The notes beneath the pieces are model-generated. The model saw only the letters and a list, made by a program, of their open reading frames with translations, ran no database searches and was not told the origin of the DNA. A stretch of 64,000 nt of DNA from a virus. Positions 1-10,665 of this stretch are shown piece after piece; within the stretch, counting starts at the first letter, position 1; the number at the start of each line of letters is the position of its first letter. Position numbers and translations under genes: made by a program. The stretch covers positions 1,029 through 65,028 of IMG/VR virus record IMGVR_UViG_3300001598_000053. One strand, written 5' to 3'.

Positions 1-325
1 ATAGGAGAGTTAAACGAAATCTAGCTGTTTTCAGATCTGCATCTGTGTGCTAACACAGCCGCGCTCGCGCGGAACCAATACTCTTTTCTGGCTAACAATT
101 TTTTCGATTAACAAGATCTATATACAAGATCTATCTCTAAGATCCTATACTTAAAGCCTATATCCTATAGGTCTAGATCCTAGGGACTCATACCTAGGGA
201 CTCGGGTACTAGGGGGATAGGTACTAGGGACCCATATATATAACTCCCTACGCCTAGGCGCGCCCGCGTACGCACGCGTAGGGGAAGAGACCATAAACCG
301 AATCTGAAAATAAGGAGATTTCAAA

Positions 326-628
326 ATGAAGACATCTAGCATCAAGCCAATCATCAAGTGCCCACATTGCGGGTATGAGTATGCACCAAGCGAAGTATTC
401 CTGCCAGGGGAACTAATCGGAAGGTCAGACTCTGTAATCAAAGACGCATTAGGCAAAATACTATACATCGACTACGATGAAGGGGAAGAGCCAGAGCAAG
501 TAGAGCATTTCGAGTGCGAGGGCTGCGGCAAGCCTTTCATAGTAGAAGCTACTGTCACATACAAGACCAAGCCAGAGGAAGAGGAATTAGACTTCTCTGA
601 CACATCAGTCTCGCTATTAGACGACTAA
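326..628 (+). CDS. small zinc-ribbon protein (two CxxC pairs: CPHCG ... CEGCG)
   Basis: ORF with SD AAGGAGA 7 nt upstream of ATG; CxxC...CxxC motif pairs. Confidence 0.55.
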   Translation: MKTSSIKPIIKCPHCGYEYAPSEVFLPGELIGRSDSVIKDALGKILYIDYDEGEEPEQVEHFECEGCGKPFIVEATVTYKTKPEEEELDFSDTSVSLLDD

Positions 629-760
629 GCGCCGAAAATAGGGCGTTTTCGCCTGGGAGCCCGCCCCTACGGGTAGGCACGCGCGGAAATAGGGCGTTTT
701 CAATCCAAAACAGGTTGTTTTCGCCTTCATCTACCTATTTTCAAATCAAGGAGATTTCAA

Positions 761-2458
761 ATGATACATATTAGAGAGATATCGCCGCCAAGGAAGATCT
801 CTGGGCTGACAAGCTTCTTAGTGTCTTTCGACTACAATGAGAAGACCGTCAACACCATGAAGTCCTTGCCGACATACTACTACCATAAGAAAGATTACTC
901 TTGGGAGATTCCAGACAATGCGCTGAGCATGGCTCTGGATTCTTTAACTTTCCTAGACGACATCGACTTAACTATTCTGCCTACCGAAAACAGGGTATTT
1001 TCAGATGGGCTTACCGAAGAGGAGAAAGCCAAATTCAAGATGTCTCCATTCAAGCATCAGCTGGAAGCCATCAACTTCGGCATCGAGAAGAAGAAATGGC
1101 TTTTACTAGACTCCATGGGCCTAGGCAAGACCAACGAGATCATCTGGACTGCCGAGACTCTGAAGAGGAGAGGGTTGATCGACCACTGCCTGATAGTGTG
1201 CGGAGTAGATTCGCTGAGGCAGAACTGGAAGAAAGAGATCCAGAAGTTCTCTACTGAAGACTGCATCGTCTTAGGTGAGAAGGTCAGCAAGAAGGGGAGC
1301 ATCTCATACACGACTATCCCGGAGAGGGCGAAGCAGCTCAAAGAGCCTATAGAAGAATTCTTCATCATAGTAAACGCAGCGACTCTGAGGAGCGACAAGT
1401 TCATCGAAGCTTTCCAGAAGTCAGCTAACAGGATAGGGATGATCGCGGTAGACGAAGTCCACAAATTTGCGACTAAGACCTCTCAGCAGGGGTCGAATCT
1501 ACTAAAGCTCAAATCCGACTATAAGATCGCCGCGACAGGAACTCCAATCACAAATTCCCCAATTTCGATCTACGTGCCGTTGACCTGGACAGAGAACGAT
1601 TACTCGACTCTCACTACTTACAAATCACAATACTGCGAATTTGGAGGGTTCAACGACTCTCAGATCATAGGATACAAAAATTTGGATTTACTGAAAGAGG
1701 AGATCGACTCATGCTCGCTCAGAAGAACCTTAGATGAAGTCAGAGACGATATGCCAAGTAAAATGGTCACTACCGAGTTGGTGGAGATGTCGGACGATCA
1801 CAAGAAGTTCTATGAAGCGATCAAGAACGGCGTAAAGGAAGAAGCTGACAAGATCAACTTGAATTCTTCTAATTTACTAGCGCTCACGATCAGATTGAGA
1901 CAGGCGACATCCTGCCCTAGCATCCTCACAACCGAAGATATTACATCTAGTAAAGTTGAGCGTTGCGTAGAGCTTGTGGAAGAACTCTATTCCGCTGGGG
2001 AGAAAGTAGTCGTTATGTCATCTTTCAAAGAGCCAGTGTACATTCTAGCAAAATTGTTGGAGAAGTACAGCCCTCTTGTCTGCACAGGAGATATAGCCGA
2101 GACTCAGATCACAGACAATGTTACTAAATTCCAAAACGATCCAAATTCGAAAATCCTACTAGCGACTCATCAGAAGATGGGAACAGGACATACTCTCAAT
2201 GCTGCAAGCTACATGATTTGCTTAGACGAATTCTGGACTGCGGCTCAGAACAATCAGAGCTTCGACCGAATCTGGAGGGTAAACAATACTAGACCAGCAT
2301 TCATCACTGTCCTCATGTGTAAGGATACGATAGACGAGAGAGTTCACTACGTCGCTCAGAAGAAACAAGACCTTTCTGACTTCGTGATCGACGGGGTTGA
2401 GAACGAAGTGTCTGATTCGCTGAGAGCCGAAATGATGTCCGCGATCAGGGAGCTGTAG
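761..2458 (+). CDS. SNF2/DEAD-like superfamily-2 helicase
   Basis: Walker A LLLDSMGLGKT, motif II AVDEVHKF, C-terminal helicase domain (HQKMGTGHTLN); SD AAGGAGA. Confidence 0.85.
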   Translation: MIHIREISPPRKISGLTSFLVSFDYNEKTVNTMKSLPTYYYHKKDYSWEIPDNALSMALDSLTFLDDIDLTILPTENRVFSDGLTEEEKAKFKMSPFKHQLEAINFGIEKKKWLLLDSMGLGKTNEIIWTAETLKRRGLIDHCLIVCGVDSLRQNWKKEIQKFSTEDCIVLGEKVSKKGSISYTTIPERAKQLKEPIEEFFIIVNAATLRSDKFIEAFQKSANRIGMIAVDEVHKFATKTSQQGSNLLKLKSDYKIAATGTPITNSPISIYVPLTWTENDYSTLTTYKSQYCEFGGFNDSQIIGYKNLDLLKEEIDSCSLRRTLDEVRDDMPSKMVTTELVEMSDDHKKFYEAIKNGVKEEADKINLNSSNLLALTIRLRQATSCPSILTTEDITSSKVERCVELVEELYSAGEKVVVMSSFKEPVYILAKLLEKYSPLVCTGDIAETQITDNVTKFQNDPNSKILLATHQKMGTGHTLNAASYMICLDEFWTAAQNNQSFDRIWRVNNTRPAFITVLMCKDTIDERVHYVAQKKQDLSDFVIDGVENEVSDSLRAEMMSAIREL

Positions 2459-2459
2459 T

Positions 2460-2858
2460 ATGATACTGATCGGTAACATGCGGCTTCCAGATCTGGATTG
2501 CGTAGTTTACAGAGGATATACTTTGAATTTTTACTATGACCAAGCTGGGCAGATCTGCCTGGACCTAGGCGATAAGCATTACGAATTTGGGATGGACAAC
2601 GCCAATTACAGAGAAGATGCAAAGCTCATAGTAAACGAATTACTAGATACGATTGCGAGATTCCCAAATTTCCCAGGATCAAAGCTCGAATGGTTTGCCA
2701 ATGGGAATTTCAGGGATGTCAGGCTGATGTACAAAGGGAGAGTCGCAAAAGTGTATCTAGTAGGTATTCCACTAGAGAGCAAAAGCCTAAGCGATCTGTC
2801 AGAAGACGCAGTTAGAGTTCTGAAGCATATGGCGGAATCCGGCCAATATGACCAATAA
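2460..2858 (+). CDS. hypothetical protein
   Basis: ORF translationally coupled to upstream gene (TAGTATG), SD GGGAG. Confidence 0.5.
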   Translation: MILIGNMRLPDLDCVVYRGYTLNFYYDQAGQICLDLGDKHYEFGMDNANYREDAKLIVNELLDTIARFPNFPGSKLEWFANGNFRDVRLMYKGRVAKVYLVGIPLESKSLSDLSEDAVRVLKHMAESGQYDQ

Positions 2859-3035
2859 ATTAATAATTCAATAATTTAATAAATTAATAAGAATCTGTGC
2901 TGCGAAAATCGTATATTATTATGTGGCCAAACGAAAACAGAATATTTTCAAAATATTTTTTCGCAAAGCTATTTACAAAATATTGTAAGTGTGGTATAAT
3001 AATATCGTGCAAGAGCATAGAATCGAGGAAAATAT

Positions 3036-3464
3036 ATGAAAGTCAAATTTAATTTCAATTTTGAAGCTTGGTTAGACGGAGTCGAAGTAGAAGCAGACTC
3101 ATATGACGAAGCGGTAAACAAGCTTAATGGCATGAGCATGGAAGAAATGCTAGAGAGCGGATATATTAAACAAAGCGAAGTCACACAAGTAGACGGAACA
3201 GTAGTCGAACGCACGGTCAGAGCAGAAGCTTATAACATCAGCTACGACGTAACTGAATACGATGTTGACGTGACTGATGAAGACACTGACGAAGATGTTG
3301 AAAGAAAGATCAATGACGTGCTTTCTACTCTTCCAGACAAAGTCACTGTCGAAGTTGATGTGTCAGACGACGATGATTTAGAAGAAGCAATCGCAGACGA
3401 AATCACGAACAAAACAGATTGGTTAGTCAAAGATTTCAAATTCAGAATTATTGAAGAAAAATAA
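3036..3464 (+). CDS. acidic hypothetical protein
   Basis: ORF after TTTACA-N17-TGGTATAAT promoter; SD GAGGA; D/E-rich. Confidence 0.55.
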   Translation: MKVKFNFNFEAWLDGVEVEADSYDEAVNKLNGMSMEEMLESGYIKQSEVTQVDGTVVERTVRAEAYNISYDVTEYDVDVTDEDTDEDVERKINDVLSTLPDKVTVEVDVSDDDDLEEAIADEITNKTDWLVKDFKFRIIEEK

Positions 3465-3508
3465 TCATTTGTGTTTACAAATAGACAAAAACGTGGTATA
3501 ATATTACC

Positions 3509-4366
3509 ATGATGGAGGTAAGCATAGTGAAACCAATTATAAAATGGGTCGGAGGCAAAACGCAATTGCTTCCTGCCTTACGAAAATACTTTAATAAAGA
3601 AGATATGCGCGGACACACCCTCTATGAGCCTTTCATCGGAGGTGGAGCATTGACTCTTGACTTAGCACATGAGAGCACAGTCCTCAACGATTTGAACTCA
3701 GAGCTGATAAACATGTATGAAGTAGTCAGAGATTATCCAGATGAATTGATTCTGTTGTTAAAGCAATACAGAGATATGCACAGTGAGACTCTATATTATC
3801 ACTTGCGCAACCTAGACAGAGAAGAATCATTCAAAGATTTCTCAAAAGTCAGCAAAGCGGCAAGAACAATCTACCTCAACAAGACTTGCTTCAATGGATT
3901 ATACAGAGTAAATAGCAAAGGATACTTTAATTCCCCTATGGGAAAGACAGCGTCTGGAAAAACGCCTGAGATAGTCAATGAAGACCAAATTAAGGAGATT
4001 TCAAAATACCTTAAGACTGTGAGAATCGAAAACACCTCGTTTTCGGCTGCAGTCAAAGATGCAAAACAAGGCGATTTCGTCTTCTTCGACCCTCCGTATG
4101 ACCAAGATGAGGATATCAACTCAACTGGATTCGTAGGATATCAGAAGAACGGATGGACTAGAGACGATACCATCGCCCTTAAGAACCTTTGTGATGAACT
4201 TACTTCTAAAGGAGTTCATGTCGTACTGACGAATAACGACACTTCATATGTAAGAGAGCTTTTTGCTGATTATGAAATAGAAGCAGTAGACGTCAGACGT
4301 AACATAAACAGAAACGGTTCTGCGAGAAAAGGCAGAGAAGTCATCATTAGCAATAAGCTAAATTAA
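3509..4366 (+). CDS. dam: DNA adenine methyltransferase (Dam family)
   Basis: Motif I EPFIGGGA and motif IV FFDPPYD; probable true start GTG at 3526 (SD GGAGG 8 nt upstream). Confidence 0.85.
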   Translation: MMEVSIVKPIIKWVGGKTQLLPALRKYFNKEDMRGHTLYEPFIGGGALTLDLAHESTVLNDLNSELINMYEVVRDYPDELILLLKQYRDMHSETLYYHLRNLDREESFKDFSKVSKAARTIYLNKTCFNGLYRVNSKGYFNSPMGKTASGKTPEIVNEDQIKEISKYLKTVRIENTSFSAAVKDAKQGDFVFFDPPYDQDEDINSTGFVGYQKNGWTRDDTIALKNLCDELTSKGVHVVLTNNDTSYVRELFADYEIEAVDVRRNINRNGSARKGREVIISNKLN

Positions 4367-4489
4367 ACTGTATATTACTTTGGATGATATACACAATGCG
4401 CCTCAGATTGCGCATGTTGTTCATTTTAGTATATCGCACGCGAGACAGGAATCGTTTGCGGAATATCGAAAACTAACAGGAGAGCATAA

Positions 4490-4958
4490 AATGAAACACG
4501 TATTTTTATCAGAAAAACTAAACAAGTATTTCGAGTCTGAACTTGACTGCGTTAAAGCAGAGAAAGAACTCGAAGAAGCAGAAGCTAAGAAAAGAGAATT
4601 AGCCAATGCAAAGAAAGCCGAAGCAGCTAAAGTAGAAGATGCATTCAAGAAACTAAACGCTGCAAAGAAAAATTTAAATGAAGTAGCAGAAGCAGCTGGC
4701 AAAGCATATGTCGCTGCAGTTCGCGAAGCAAAGAAGATCTACGACGCCGCATTCGCAAATGCAAATAAGAGCAAAGAAGAGGCAGAAGCTGAATTCAACA
4801 AGCAATTAGAGATCTTCAACAAAGCACATCCAGAAGGATTCCATCTAACTCTCAGAGACGGCGATGTCGTTAAGACTTACTCAACCACTAGCAGAGTCGA
4901 TGCCTTCGAAGAGCTTAAGTCTTTAGAAGACAAACTCTGGAAAATGCTTTTGGGCTAA
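4490..4958 (+). CDS. K/A/E-rich coiled-coil hypothetical protein
   Basis: ORF; SD AGGAGA before ATG 4490 (longest ORF begins at 4380 without a ribosome-binding site). Confidence 0.5.
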
Positions 4959-5210
4959 AATAAAATAATTAAATTTTCTGAGGCAATTTAATTAAATTTA
5001 CAACCTATTTATTGTATAATATCTTAGGGAACAACAAAGCAGAATACATAAGCTTAGTTCTCCCGAATTCATAGTTCGTGGGAACTTCGCATATGTCCCA
5101 CACCTCCTTTCTGGAATACCGTGGTACGCATGATGTTAATCCTCCAGCATCCTGCGAGCAATGCCACGGTATTTTTTATTTAATGCGAGGAACTAAAGGA
5201 GAAATTTATT

Positions 5211-5636
5211 ATGGAAGAGAATCAAAATTTAAATAGAAGTCTAGATAATCTAGTAGAGTTAATGAAGACTGCTAATGAAGGAGAGCATGTAAGATTCCAT
5301 TTCATTAGAAACACGGCAGAGCTATCAGCAGTAAGACAGTTCAGAAGTAAGAATAAGAAAATTTCAAAAGCTTTTGGAAAGGTATTTAATACTGCACTAA
5401 AATCGTATAATGATATGGTGAAAGCTGGACGCGGACCAGTAGAAGATATAGTCGCAGTAAAGCAATTTGAGACCTGTAAGAACTATTATGCGGAAGAAGC
5501 CAGAATTTTAGATGATATGGTTGATGAGTACATGAATTATGTTCACAAAGGACACTTGATCGCCACCATCCTTAACATCTATCGCCCAGAAGAAGACCTA
5601 GTAGATTACAGAGATGGAGGATGGATCATATGGTAG
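5211..5636 (+). CDS. hypothetical protein
   Basis: ORF; SD AAAGGAGA. Confidence 0.55.
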   Translation: MEENQNLNRSLDNLVELMKTANEGEHVRFHFIRNTAELSAVRQFRSKNKKISKAFGKVFNTALKSYNDMVKAGRGPVEDIVAVKQFETCKNYYAEEARILDDMVDEYMNYVHKGHLIATILNIYRPEEDLVDYRDGGWIIW

Positions 5637-5872
5637 AGCCTAAAACCGAAAACGCCCTATCTTCATTGCTGACTCTTTACTCAGAGATGGATAAGCCACC
5701 GATCATAGAGCTGCAGAACATAGATCATAACCCAGTTGCGGCACTATACTTGGAGAGAATCAGAGGAGAGAAGATAGTAATCAGCGAAACAAACAACCAA
5801 GAACGATTCTACCTATATGTAAATGGCGTAGGAATCTACTTTTCTTTCTATAAGAAGATCAACCAGAAGTAG
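5621..5872 (+). CDS. hypothetical protein
   Basis: ORF overlapping upstream stop; SD GGAGG inside upstream gene. Confidence 0.4.
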   Translation: MDHMVEPKTENALSSLLTLYSEMDKPPIIELQNIDHNPVAALYLERIRGEKIVISETNNQERFYLYVNGVGIYFSFYKKINQK

Positions 5873-6025
5873 TTCCGAAAACTACCTATTTTCAAATGCA
5901 GAATATTGGCCGATCACAGGCCTTTTATACATTAAAAAATGCTAAATTAATTACCTACAAGCATAATAACTTTGTGGGAATAAACAGAGAGAATAACAGA
6001 TAACTGACTCTCGGAAGGAACACAT

Positions 6026-8218
6026 ATGAAAGTAATTAAACGCGACGGAACATCAGTCAGTTTTGACAGTTCCAAAATCAATTCAGCCATCTCAAAAGCC
6101 AACACTAGAAGCAATGAGATGACACCAGATGATATCGACCATATCGTTGATATCGTAGAAGCAAGATGCAATAGAAACACAGATAATCTATCAGTAGAGA
6201 TTATCCAAGACCTGGTTGAAAGAGCCTTACTCGCAAGTAAGTTCAAAGCAACCGCAAAACAGTATATCCTTTACAGAGACCAAAGAACTAGAATCAGACA
6301 GTCGAAGACGAAGATGATGCAAGAGATTCTAGAAATGGTAGAAGGAAATTCTGACTACTGGAACAATGAGAATTCAAACAAAGATGCAAAGGTAGTAACG
6401 ACACAGAGAGATTATTTAGCTGGAATTACTTCCACAGAGATCGCAGAGATGTCGCTGTTGCCATCGGATGTAGTAAGAGCTCACAAAGAAGGAATCATCC
6501 ACTTCCATGATATGGACTATTTCGCTCAAGCTGCACTTCACAATTGTGATTTGATTAACTTAGAAGATATGCTTCAGAATGGGACAATGATCAACGGAAT
6601 CAAGATCGATCGCCCACATTGGCTTAGTAAAGCAGCAACTATTTCTACTCAGATCATTACAGCCGTAGCTTCTTCACAGTACGGTGGTTGTACAATCACA
6701 TTAACTCACTTAGCGCCTTTTGTAAGAGACAGTTACAATAAGTATCTGGCAAAATACAAAAGAAGAGGATGCACAGAAGAAGATGTAGTAAAATTTGCTA
6801 AAGAGGATTTAGCCACAGAATTAGAGTCAGCTGTACAGACTTTCAATTACCAAATCAACTCAATGTCAACTACTAACGGTCAAGCACCATTCATCACAGT
6901 CGGTATGTACGTTGGCGAATCAGAAGAATATAAAGAAGAAACTGCTTTACTAATCGAGGAATTCTTGAAACAGAGAATCATCGGCATGAAGAATGAGAAA
7001 GGCGTTTACATTACGCCAGCATTCCCTAAGTTAGTTTATGTATTGGAAGAAGATAATATTAAACCTGATTCAAAATATTACTATTTGACAGAACTCGCTG
7101 CAAAATGCACCGCTAAGAGAATGGTTCCAGATTACGTTTCTGAGAAAGTCATGAAACAGTTGAAGTTCAATGCTGACGGAACATCTTCTTGCTATCCTCC
7201 AATGGGATGCAGATCATTCCTGACTCCTGACAGATTCTCAGATTTACTAGGAAACGTATCTAACGCAAAGGATTTCGTCCCTGGCAAACCAAAGTTCTAC
7301 GGAAGATTCAATCAAGGAGTCGTAACGATCAGCTTACCTGATGCTGCGTTATCTTCTGGTGGAGACTTTACTAAATTCTGGAAGATCATGGATGAGAGAT
7401 TAGAGCTTTGCCACAAAGCTTTGAGATGCAGACATGAAAGATTGCTAGGAAAATTCTCAGACATGGCACCAATCCTATGGCAGGACGGCGCGCTAGCAAG
7501 ATTAGATAAGCACGAGAAGATCGATAAGCTTCTGTACGGTGGATATTCTACTATTTCACTAGGATACGGCGGACTATATGAGTGCGTTAAATTTATGACA
7601 GGTCATTCTCATACAGATGGAGCAGAAGGAGAGAAGTTCGGACTTGAAGTAATGCAAAAGCTGAATGATGCTTGTGCAAAATGGAAGTCAGAAGAGAACA
7701 TCGACTACTCTGTCTATGGAACTCCGATGGAATCTACTACTTATAAATTTGCAAAGTGCTTGAAGAAGAGATTTGGAGTAATTGAGGGAATTACAGACAG
7801 AGATTACATCACAAACTCATATCACATTCCAGTATTCGAGGAAATTGACGCATTTTCAAAATTAGCGATCGAGTCTAAATTCCAAAAGCTTTCTCCAGGA
7901 GGAGCAATCAGCTACATCGAGACTTCTGACCTTACTGGAAATATCCCAGCAGTCATGTCAGTGATCCAATTCATCTACGATAATATCATGTATGCTGAGT
8001 TGAATACTAAATCAGACTACTGTCAAGCTTGTGGTTATGACGGAGAGATTCTAATTGACGATCATATGAATTGGTACTGCCCAAATTGCGGTTGTAAAGA
8101 TCATTCTTTACTAAATGTCGCTAGAAGAACTTGTGGTTACATCGGATCAAAGTTCTGGAACTACGGAAGAACCGAAGAGATCAAAGAGAGAGTTATCCAT
8201 CTTGGAGATGAGCAGTAA
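6026..8218 (+). CDS. nrdD: anaerobic ribonucleoside-triphosphate reductase (class III)
   Basis: N-terminal ATP-cone (VIKRDG), C-terminal zinc ribbon CQACG...CPNCG and glycyl-radical motif RRTCGYIG. Confidence 0.9.
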   Translation: MKVIKRDGTSVSFDSSKINSAISKANTRSNEMTPDDIDHIVDIVEARCNRNTDNLSVEIIQDLVERALLASKFKATAKQYILYRDQRTRIRQSKTKMMQEILEMVEGNSDYWNNENSNKDAKVVTTQRDYLAGITSTEIAEMSLLPSDVVRAHKEGIIHFHDMDYFAQAALHNCDLINLEDMLQNGTMINGIKIDRPHWLSKAATISTQIITAVASSQYGGCTITLTHLAPFVRDSYNKYLAKYKRRGCTEEDVVKFAKEDLATELESAVQTFNYQINSMSTTNGQAPFITVGMYVGESEEYKEETALLIEEFLKQRIIGMKNEKGVYITPAFPKLVYVLEEDNIKPDSKYYYLTELAAKCTAKRMVPDYVSEKVMKQLKFNADGTSSCYPPMGCRSFLTPDRFSDLLGNVSNAKDFVPGKPKFYGRFNQGVVTISLPDAALSSGGDFTKFWKIMDERLELCHKALRCRHERLLGKFSDMAPILWQDGALARLDKHEKIDKLLYGGYSTISLGYGGLYECVKFMTGHSHTDGAEGEKFGLEVMQKLNDACAKWKSEENIDYSVYGTPMESTTYKFAKCLKKRFGVIEGITDRDYITNSYHIPVFEEIDAFSKLAIESKFQKLSPGGAISYIETSDLTGNIPAVMSVIQFIYDNIMYAELNTKSDYCQACGYDGEILIDDHMNWYCPNCGCKDHSLLNVARRTCGYIGSKFWNYGRTEEIKERVIHLGDEQ

Positions 8219-8760
8219 TGAATTACTTAAAATTATATAAGAACACAGTAGCCGACGGTCCTGGCGTTAGAGTTTCGCTCTACGTCAGCGGCTGTAGGAA
8301 TCACTGTCCTGGATGTCACAACCCAGATTCATGGGATTTCTCCTCTGGATCTGAGATGACAGTTTCAGTAGTGAATGAATTACTAGAATCCATGGACAAA
8401 ACATGGATCGCAGGATTAACAATCTGCGGTGGTGAACCGATGGAACCTGAGAACCAAGAGTTCTTGGTAAATTTAGTAAAGTTGGTTCACACTAAATTCC
8501 CAACAAAGACGATCTGGTGTTACACAGGATACGAATTTGAAGATTTACTAGAAGGCGGCAGAAAACATACAGAATTTACAAACGACCTCCTAAGTCACAT
8601 AGATGTTGCAGTAGTAGGAAGATTCATACTAGAAAAAAGAAATATAACAGACGGTAACAGATGGAGAGGTTCTACGAATCAGAGAGTGATAGATGTTCAA
8701 GCTTCACTAAATTCTGGTAAAACAGTTCTGCTCGCTGAAATTCCAAATAACGAGATCTAA
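8218..8760 (+). CDS. nrdG: anaerobic RNR activating protein (radical SAM)
   Basis: GCRNHCPGCHN (CxxxCxxC) cluster; ATGA overlap with nrdD stop; 180 aa. Confidence 0.85.
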   Translation: MNYLKLYKNTVADGPGVRVSLYVSGCRNHCPGCHNPDSWDFSSGSEMTVSVVNELLESMDKTWIAGLTICGGEPMEPENQEFLVNLVKLVHTKFPTKTIWCYTGYEFEDLLEGGRKHTEFTNDLLSHIDVAVVGRFILEKRNITDGNRWRGSTNQRVIDVQASLNSGKTVLLAEIPNNEI

Positions 8761-8953
8761 GTTTAACGACTTAGATCTTTTTTTTATTCCACTGTGCCGA
8801 TTTACCCTATTATATATAATAATGATACACGTGCGCGTGTACGGGAGGTACTGCGGTACTAGAAAATATTTTTAAATTTTTTTATCAAAACAGTTTGCAA
8901 ACCATTTCTTATATGATATAATATTCTTGTAAGGTTAAGGAGGAATATAACCT

Positions 8954-9727
8954 ATGAAAAAGATTTTTGCAAAACAATTAGACTGTGAGTGCTTTGATTA
9001 TCGCGCTTATTATGACGAAGATATGGCCGTGGAAGATCAAGTATACATCGGAGGCAACAGAAACTTCTGTGGATTCAACGAAGACCTTCGCGCTAGTGTA
9101 GTTAAAGCATTTGAAGAATGTAGATATGATCTTGAGACAGTTGACAGTGATGTTGATGACGGAGAGATGACTGACGAAGAAGGAAACGCTCAAAGATTAG
9201 ATTTATGTAAGAATTACTTTGAAGGATTGAAAGGCAAAGAAGTAAAATTTTCTGATGAACAATACTTTAAGCTTGGAAGTCTAAGCCGCGAATTCTGGAC
9301 TTGCCGCTCATCTGATGAAAATGATTTAGTCTGTGAAGCACTTTCTATACTTCATAATAAAGAATTCGTGAACGGAACGATCAGAGGATGCTGTCAAGGC
9401 GACTGGAACAAGTATATTTGTCCTAAAGAAAGACAAGACTTCGTGACTGGATATGTCAAAGCGGTTTACTTTGCTACCGGTACTGAATTCCAAATCACTT
9501 GTGAACCTATCGAAGTTGATAGTGACGATGTAGATGAGATCGAGTCTAAATTCGAGGAGGCAGAAGTCTACTGTGATTATACTGACTTATGGAAAGACGA
9601 CGATATTAAAGAATGGATCGCAAAGAATTCTTCTTACGGCGACAAGCAATATACTAAAGACGATGTCGCTTTGATCACAATCAAAAGTTCGAGAATGGTG
9701 AAAGTCAATTCTTATGAATTAAAATAA
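8954..9727 (+). CDS. Cys-rich hypothetical protein
   Basis: ORF; SD AAGGAGG; first gene after early promoter 8895-8930. Confidence 0.6.
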   Translation: MKKIFAKQLDCECFDYRAYYDEDMAVEDQVYIGGNRNFCGFNEDLRASVVKAFEECRYDLETVDSDVDDGEMTDEEGNAQRLDLCKNYFEGLKGKEVKFSDEQYFKLGSLSREFWTCRSSDENDLVCEALSILHNKEFVNGTIRGCCQGDWNKYICPKERQDFVTGYVKAVYFATGTEFQITCEPIEVDSDDVDEIESKFEEAEVYCDYTDLWKDDDIKEWIAKNSSYGDKQYTKDDVALITIKSSRMVKVNSYELK

Positions 9728-9741
9728 AAAAAAATTCAAAA

Positions 9742-9776
9742 AGGCTATTTACAATGTAGCCTTTTTATGATATAAT
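9742..9776 (+). promoter_or_regulatory. fused terminator-promoter unit: hairpin AGGCTA-[TTTACAATG]-TAGCCT + T5, -35 TTTACA in the hairpin loop, extended -10 TGATATAAT
   Basis: 6-bp stem, loop contains -35, U-tract runs into -10; 17-nt spacer. Confidence 0.7.
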
Positions 9777-9806
9777 AATATTGTAAGTTAAGGAGGAAAC
9801 AAACTT

Positions 9807-10154
9807 ATGGAAAATTATGAAATTATCAGAGACGAACGCGAAGGCGTTTCAATCAAATCTAAATTAACTCATTTTGAATATGATCTTTTAGAAGGTAAAA
9901 GTCTTAATGGAAAGACAACTTCGGATATTTGTTTTATTATGATTAGCATCGCCGGCGTTGGCTATATCGGAGTGCTCAATTATTATTTTGGTGTAGACGA
10001 TGTAGAATCAGCTTTATATTACATTGAAGCATTTGAGAACAAAAAAGCTGGAGTCTTAGACAAACTAATGAGTCGCGAAGACTTTGATTTGAGCTCATTC
10101 GGCGACGAGCTTGAAGAAGCAATCAAGAAAGACCTAGAGAAATATTCTTGGTAA
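9807..10154 (+). CDS. hypothetical early protein
   Basis: SD AAGGAGG; early promoter unit 9742-9776 upstream. Confidence 0.6.
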   Translation: MENYEIIRDEREGVSIKSKLTHFEYDLLEGKSLNGKTTSDICFIMISIAGVGYIGVLNYYFGVDDVESALYYIEAFENKKAGVLDKLMSREDFDLSSFGDELEEAIKKDLEKYSW

Positions 10155-10171
10155 GAAAGGAAAATACATAT

Positions 10172-10483
10172 ATGAGATATTACATTCATCAATTACCTAT
10201 TAGTAATAACAACATTTTCAGAGACTATGATGAAGTTAGATTCGAATTTAATGATTACGTTCCAGTATGGACAGGCGAAGTAGAAACTATCGAAGTTTTG
10301 GATAATCCAGAAAAAGTGTTAGAAGAAATATTTGAAGAATTCAATATGCGTCATCCAGAGAATTATGCAGGACACTCATTGTCTACTAGCGACGTTGTCG
10401 AATTTGTAGATCTAGATATGAGAAAGAGAGTCAGTATGTATTACTGCGATTCATTCGGTTGGAAGAAAGTTGAGGCAAAATAG
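10172..10483 (+). CDS. hypothetical early protein
   Basis: ORF; SD AAAGGAAAA before ATG 10172 (longest ORF from 10148). Confidence 0.5.
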   Translation: MRYYIHQLPISNNNIFRDYDEVRFEFNDYVPVWTGEVETIEVLDNPEKVLEEIFEEFNMRHPENYAGHSLSTSDVVEFVDLDMRKRVSMYYCDSFGWKKVEAK

Positions 10484-10484
10484 T

Positions 10485-10664
10485 ATGACAAAAGAACAAT
10501 TAGTCGAAAGAATTTTAGCTGAATTAGAGACAGATGCAGAATGCGATAATGTCGACAGTATCTATGATTTATGCATAGAACTTGTCAAAGAAGCAAAAGT
10601 CAAAACGCTGAAGCGATTAGTAAAAGAATATTGCATCGAAGACGAAGATGAAGAGGAAGAATAG
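10485..10664 (+). CDS. hypothetical small protein
   Basis: TAGTATG stop-start coupling; ORF. Confidence 0.45.
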   Translation: MTKEQLVERILAELETDAECDNVDSIYDLCIELVKEAKVKTLKRLVKEYCIEDEDEEEE

Positions 10665-10665
10665 T

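Noticed and set aside
151-1464. Minus-strand ORFs 151-468 and 1057-1464 and + ORF 901-1257
   Set aside because: Overlap the SNF2 helicase/zinc-ribbon genes in alternative frames, no ribosome-binding sites; shadow ORFs.
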